A stretch of 64,000 bases of DNA from Bacteroidota bacterium (lineage in GTDB: Bacteria; Bacteroidota; Bacteroidia; Palsa-965): positions 29-64,028 of the forward strand of contig PLYR01000050.1 of NCBI GenBank assembly GCA_003153435.1, given 5' to 3'. A model generated the notes under the pieces. The model made no database searches and was not told the DNA's origin. It worked only from the letters and a program-made list of their open reading frames with translations. Shown in pieces: positions 59,653 through 64,000 of the stretch (positions are counted from its first letter, which is position 1; the number at the start of each line of letters is the position of its first letter). Position numbers and translations under genes: made by a program.

Positions 59653-60369
59653 ATGTTTACCTGCATTCTTGTAGATGATCAACCGGAGGTTGTTGCATTG
59701 TTCAGCAGCTATATAGAGAAATCTCCATTTCTAACCCTTCTGAGGGTATATGTTGATCCGTTTAAGGCATTGACAGATTACCATACAGACAGGATTGATA
59801 TGCTCCTGCTTGGCAAAGAGATGAAAGGGCTTTCAGGCAATGAATTTGTGAGAAAATTAAAAGAGAATTTAAACGGAGCGTTGCCTCATGTTCTTTTTAT
59901 TTCCAAGACACTCTTTCCTGTTCCTGCCGGTTATCTTATGGAGGAAGAGGAACAGATCCTTGCATCAGCCTCTTTTCATGAATTTGAGGCTTCCCTCAAA
60001 CGTATTCTGGATTATGGAAAAGTTTCTATGGCAGGCCTTGAGGAGATGGATTTTTTCTTTGCTGATACCAGCGGGAAAAAGGTAAAGGTGAATTTCTCGG
60101 ATATTTATTATGTGGAAGCTGCCGGGAATTATGTGACACTGGTAACCCGAACCGGGAGGCTAACGATTTATAAATCGATGCACGAACTAGAGGCTCTTCT
60201 GCCAGCCAATTATTTTCTCAGAATTCATAAATCTTATATTACTTCGTTGGGTTGTATTCATGCGATTACGAGGACGGAGATGATGCTCCAGGTGGAAGGG
60301 AAAATAATTAATTTCCCTATAGGTATCACTTATAAAAATAATCTGCTCAAAAAGTTAAAGCTGGAATAA
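59653..60369 (+). CDS. LytTR-family response regulator (atypical receiver)
   Basis: N-terminal CheY-like receiver (ILVDDQ acidic pair) and C-terminal LytTR DNA-binding domain (VNFSDIYYVEAAGNYVTLVT...FLRIHKSYI). Confidence 0.8.
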   Translation: MFTCILVDDQPEVVALFSSYIEKSPFLTLLRVYVDPFKALTDYHTDRIDMLLLGKEMKGLSGNEFVRKLKENLNGALPHVLFISKTLFPVPAGYLMEEEEQILASASFHEFEASLKRILDYGKVSMAGLEEMDFFFADTSGKKVKVNFSDIYYVEAAGNYVTLVTRTGRLTIYKSMHELEALLPANYFLRIHKSYITSLGCIHAITRTEMMLQVEGKIINFPIGITYKNNLLKKLKLE

Positions 60370-60413
60370 AAGAAGCGAATGCTATTTAATACTTTCGCCA
60401 CCTCTTTCACTCA

Positions 60414-60911
60414 TTATTTCCCAGGCTCTTTCACTCCTTTTTTATCATTTAACTCCTGCAAGACCTTTCTTTGGAAATCAACTTCTGCTTTGTAAAGAAG
60501 AGCGATCTTTTTGGAGGATAATACTTTTTTGAGTTTGCCATGACGCTCCTTGATAATATCGAGTTCTTTCTGCTTGAATTCGATTTCCTTATCTACAAAG
60601 AATTCAGCTTCTTTTTCAGTCATTGTTTTGAAATTCTGTTGTGCATCTTTCCGTTCGCCCATCCGGGTTCTTCTCAATTCCCTTTGTTTGACTTCGGCCT
60701 CATTGTAGACAGGCCAGAATTGCTGGGCCTCTGTTTCGGTCAATTCAAGAGCCGTAGTGATATAGGCAATTTTGAGAGTCTCCATTTTTTGTTTGGTCTC
60801 TTGCCTAGCCTCCTGCCTGGCTTCCTGTTTGGCTTCAATCTTGGTTTGAGATATTCCTACAGCTGAAATCAAGAGGAAAGCGGAAAAAGAAAAGTTGAAA
60901 AAATTATTCAT
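60414..60911 (-). CDS. periplasmic LTXXQ-motif (Spy/CpxP-like) protein
   Basis: Signal peptide, Lys/Glu-rich helices and an LTETEAQQF motif. Last gene of the ECF sigma operon. Confidence 0.5.
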   Translation of the reverse strand: MNNFFNFSFSAFLLISAVGISQTKIEAKQEARQEARQETKQKMETLKIAYITTALELTETEAQQFWPVYNEAEVKQRELRRTRMGERKDAQQNFKTMTEKEAEFFVDKEIEFKQKELDIIKERHGKLKKVLSSKKIALLYKAEVDFQRKVLQELNDKKGVKEPGK

Positions 60912-60913
60912 TG

Positions 60914-61525
60914 TTATTCTGTGCTTATGGTGTTAAGATCGGCTTCGTTTTCGATGAGATAATCGATGACGGCTTTTTTGTCGGCAGAAATATCTGCTAT
61001 ATCTGCTGCTTTCGCGGATACTGCAATATGGTCCTGTATTTCACTTTCTTCAATACCGTATAATTCAAGGTTTTCGATGACCTCTTTTTTATCTCCTTCA
61101 TTCAGAGCCGTTTCAGCAGCATATGCCGAAAGGGCTGCAGCTTGACCAGGATCCATTACACGAATACAAATCGTCAGCATAATAACCACAACTGCAAGTC
61201 CGGGTATCCAGAACTTTGGAACCAGCAACGCCTTTAATCGTTCGAAAGTAAATGCTGCCTTCTTCTGCTCCGTAATCCGTTCCTGTATAATAGTAGGTAA
61301 CCATTCGAAATAATCAACAGGGACCCGATAAGGTTCAGCTTTACTGATCTGAAGTTTGTCTGTAATAATTGAACACGCTATCTCGTTTTCAAGTGCATCA
61401 AAATAACCCTCAGGAACATCAAACCGCTCTCCTTCTTTTTTCTGCTCCGACGCTTTTTCGCCGGAGAGAAAAGAGAAAGGATTCTTGAAATCCTCGTTGT
61501 CTTCTATGTGGTTATTGGGGTTCAT
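60914..61525 (-). CDS. putative anti-sigma factor (single-pass membrane protein)
   Basis: 203 aa with a cytoplasmic N-terminus, one TM helix (WIPGLAVVVIMLTICI) and an acidic periplasmic tail. Lies directly downstream of the ECF sigma gene. Confidence 0.45.
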   Translation of the reverse strand: MNPNNHIEDNEDFKNPFSFLSGEKASEQKKEGERFDVPEGYFDALENEIACSIITDKLQISKAEPYRVPVDYFEWLPTIIQERITEQKKAAFTFERLKALLVPKFWIPGLAVVVIMLTICIRVMDPGQAAALSAYAAETALNEGDKKEVIENLELYGIEESEIQDHIAVSAKAADIADISADKKAVIDYLIENEADLNTISTE

Positions 61526-61647
61526 TTGTTAGTTGGATGCATCAAATCTTCAAAGGTTTAACCCGATCTTCAGAATATCTTCATCTTTGGTCTTTCAGGG
61601 CCTAATGTTTGTTGTAATATGCTTGTTATCAGTTATATATAATAATC

Positions 61648-62217
61648 TCAATCTTCACTAACTTCCTGACTTCCATTCAGCACAAAGGCCTCTATCTTCT
61701 TGACAGCTATATGATAAGAGGCTTTTAGGGCTCCGACCGAAGTATCCAGCACTTTGCTCATTTGTTCATATTTCATCTCATCAAAATATTTCATATTAAA
61801 CACAATTCTTTGTTTTTCGGGGAGGGTAAGTATGGCTTTTTGAAGTTTTTTCTGAATCTCATCTCCGGTAAAGAAATTATCGTCTTGCATGGATATTTGC
61901 AAACCGTATGCCACGTCATCGAAAGGGATATTCAGTTTCGCTTTTTTTTGTTTCAGGAAAGTAAAGGATTCGTTGGAGGCGATCCGATAAAGCCAGGTAA
62001 AGAGCTGTGAATCTTCTTTGAACCCATCTAATCCTTTCCAGGCCTTGATAAAGGTATTTTGAGTCACATCATCGGCATCATCATGATCAATGACCAGTCG
62101 ACGGATATGCCAGTATACACGTCGTTGATACTTCCGGACAATCTGATTGAAAGCAGTGTTACGGCTGGCTTCAATCCGGAACATCTCTACGAGCTCCTTA
62201 TCCGTGTATTCCTCCAT
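61648..62217 (-). CDS. ECF-subfamily RNA polymerase sigma-70 factor
   Basis: Sigma region 2 (DADDVTQNTFIKAWKGL) and region 4 HTH (QRIVFNMKYFDEMKYEQMSKVL). Confidence 0.85.
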   Translation of the reverse strand: MEEYTDKELVEMFRIEASRNTAFNQIVRKYQRRVYWHIRRLVIDHDDADDVTQNTFIKAWKGLDGFKEDSQLFTWLYRIASNESFTFLKQKKAKLNIPFDDVAYGLQISMQDDNFFTGDEIQKKLQKAILTLPEKQRIVFNMKYFDEMKYEQMSKVLDTSVGALKASYHIAVKKIEAFVLNGSQEVSED

Positions 62218-62232
62218 CAGTGCAGAATAGGA

Positions 62233-63198
62233 TTAAACAGTAACCGCTTGTTTCCTTCTGACTACGCTTTCTGCGGCCAGGATTATATGTGCTGCATCCA
62301 GTCCATATTTAGTCATCAGTTGCTCCGGTGTACCACTTTCTCCAAAGCTGTCTTTTACAGCAATCATTTCCATGGGAGTAGGAAGTTTCCTGGAAAGTAA
62401 CTGAGCAATACTGTCGCCAAGCCCTCCGTTCATCTGATGTTCTTCTGCAGACACCACACACCGGGTTTTAGCAGCAGAAGCAAGGATAGCTCCTTCATCC
62501 AGAGGCTTAATAGTATGAATATTGATAACCTCAGCCGAAATGCCTTTGGCTTGCAATGCAACAGCCGCCTCCAATGCTTGCCATACAAGATGTCCGGTTG
62601 CAAAAATACTTACATCTGTTCCTTCTTGGAGGTTAATAGCCTTGCCTATGATAAACTCCTGATTGGCAGGAGTGAAGTTGGGCACTACGGGCCTCCCGAA
62701 ACGGAGATATACGGGCCCGTGATGATCTGCGATAGCGATAGTGGCTGCCTTTGTCTGGTTATAGTCGCAAGGGTTGATGACGGTCATATGCGGGAGCATT
62801 TTCATGAGTCCGATATCTTCCAGAATCTGGTGGGTTGCTCCGTCTTCTCCCAGGGTAAGGCCGGCATGAGATGCACATATTTTTACATTTTTACCGGAGT
62901 AGGCAACAGATTGTCTTATCTGATCATATACCCTTCCGGTGGAGAAGTTGGCGAAGGTGCCGGTAAAAGGAATTTTTCCTCCGATGGTAAGCCCTGCAGC
63001 CATTCCAATCATATTTGCTTCCGCGATGCCTGTCTGAAAAAACCGTTCAGGAAACGCTTTCTGGAAGGCATCCATTTTAAGAGAACCGGTAAGATCTGCA
63101 CAGAGTGCAACAACGTTAGGGTGTGACTTTCCTAGTTCCAGGAGCCCTGCCCCGAAGCCCGAACGGGTGTCTTTTTTTTCTGATGCGGAGTATTTCAT
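62233..63198 (-). CDS. transketolase C-terminal subunit (pyrimidine-binding plus C-terminal domains)
   Basis: 321 aa. FQTGIAEANMIGMAAGL and the C-terminal domain are typical of split transketolase subunit B. No N-terminal subunit gene is adjacent. Confidence 0.9.
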   Translation of the reverse strand: MKYSASEKKDTRSGFGAGLLELGKSHPNVVALCADLTGSLKMDAFQKAFPERFFQTGIAEANMIGMAAGLTIGGKIPFTGTFANFSTGRVYDQIRQSVAYSGKNVKICASHAGLTLGEDGATHQILEDIGLMKMLPHMTVINPCDYNQTKAATIAIADHHGPVYLRFGRPVVPNFTPANQEFIIGKAINLQEGTDVSIFATGHLVWQALEAAVALQAKGISAEVINIHTIKPLDEGAILASAAKTRCVVSAEEHQMNGGLGDSIAQLLSRKLPTPMEMIAVKDSFGESGTPEQLMTKYGLDAAHIILAAESVVRRKQAVTV

Positions 63199-63249
63199 TT
63201 TTTAGCTGTAAGGTAATGTACGTAAATGTATGAATGATCGTGAATATTT

Positions 63250-63999
63250 CTAATAAAGCTTTATGGTGGTGGATATGCCAGATTCAATTTTAAACCGGCG
63301 TTCCACTGTATTCACCGATTTTTTAAAAATCTTTGAACGGAATTCTGCTCTGTAATTTCCGGGTTGCAGCACAATATTTTCTTGAGTCACCAAATCTTTG
63401 AGATTACAGACCCAGACTAATTTTTTTCCATCCTCCAGATAAATACTTCCGGAACCTTCCCCTTGTTTCATAAGGGTAAGGATTCCTGCTTGAGGAATGG
63501 TGATGGTCGTAGTCTTGCTTTGTGAAATGTCTATATCCGTCCTGATAATCCGGGGAAGGGTGAGGATCTCTACCTCATACTTCCCGCAAAGATAGTTCTC
63601 GGTCTGAATAAAATCCTGTACATGCAGGGTCTTCTTTTCCCCTTTTTTCCTGATTATGGCTTGCATGGACTTATAGGTGTTGGCCCCGTCGATATGTAAT
63701 GCCAGTGAGCCTTGTGGGGCATCCAGCGTAATAGTATTGTGCTTTCCGGCCTTCAATATGATATTGTCTTTTTCCACCGGGGGGATGGTATGAACCAGGA
63801 GCTTGTAGGAGATAGAAGGATTAATGTTTATAGTGTCTGGATTTCCTCTGTTGTTGATGGTGTGCAGATAATTATATTTGATTTCGCCGGTAGACTGGTC
63901 ATAAAATGTCATATCCACATTGGTCTCATCCGGTTTTTTATAGGTGTCGAGCAGGTTAACCTGGACCGTAGTGCGGTTGATGGCTTCGTTTACCACCAT
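63250..63999 (-). CDS. hypothetical protein, possibly 5'-partial at the window edge
   Basis: 249-aa ORF whose first Met codon ends at position 63999, one base from the window end; it may extend beyond the window. Confidence 0.35.
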   Translation of the reverse strand: MVVNEAINRTTVQVNLLDTYKKPDETNVDMTFYDQSTGEIKYNYLHTINNRGNPDTININPSISYKLLVHTIPPVEKDNIILKAGKHNTITLDAPQGSLALHIDGANTYKSMQAIIRKKGEKKTLHVQDFIQTENYLCGKYEVEILTLPRIIRTDIDISQSKTTTITIPQAGILTLMKQGEGSGSIYLEDGKKLVWVCNLKDLVTQENIVLQPGNYRAEFRSKIFKKSVNTVERRFKIESGISTTIKLY

Positions 64000-64000
64000 A

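Overview
This 64-kb window looks like chromosomal DNA from a Bacteroidota genome. Two lines of evidence support that: type IX secretion (T9SS) C-terminal sorting domains, SprB-type repeats, GH3-family and multiple SurA/Skp-type genes, and TAnnTTTG -7 promoter boxes. Most of the window is housekeeping or cell-envelope genes. These include the thrS-infC-rpmI-rplT cluster, nth, a periplasmic chaperone cluster (parvulin/SurA x3, MoxR, Skp), htpG, two DEAD-box helicases, aroK, a transketolase C-terminal subunit, cdaA, LptF/G, two GT4 glycosyltransferases, an ArnT-like GT, an ECF sigma/anti-sigma module and tRNA-Lys(UUU). T9SS cargo comprises a tandem ice-binding-like (DUF3494) protein and a 1108-aa SprB-repeat adhesin. 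The most notable locus is a tightly overlapping three-gene minus-strand operon at 26197..31434, terminated by a clean hairpin. It encodes a MukB/MksB/JetC-like SMC ATPase (1100 aa) preceded by 442-aa and 218-aa partners in MukF/JetA-MukE/JetB order. No JetD/MksG-type nuclease gene follows it. This would be an MksBEF/Wadjet-like accessory condensin or anti-plasmid module in a lineage where it is essentially uncharacterised. Other items worth a second look are listed below. First, infC needs a non-AUG (probably AUU) start. Second, a 17-bp duplicate of the tRNA-Lys 3' end lies 194 bp downstream of the tRNA, among hairpins and REP-like repeats. Third, 21-bp direct repeats sit upstream of an outer-membrane protein gene. 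Fourth, an orphan LytTR response regulator has Gly in place of the phospho-acceptor Asp. Fifth, paralogous exported lipoprotein/small-protein modules recur about 10 kb apart. No CRISPR array, rRNA or obvious transposase was seen. All calls come from reading the sequence and the ORF translations; no database searches or composition statistics were run.
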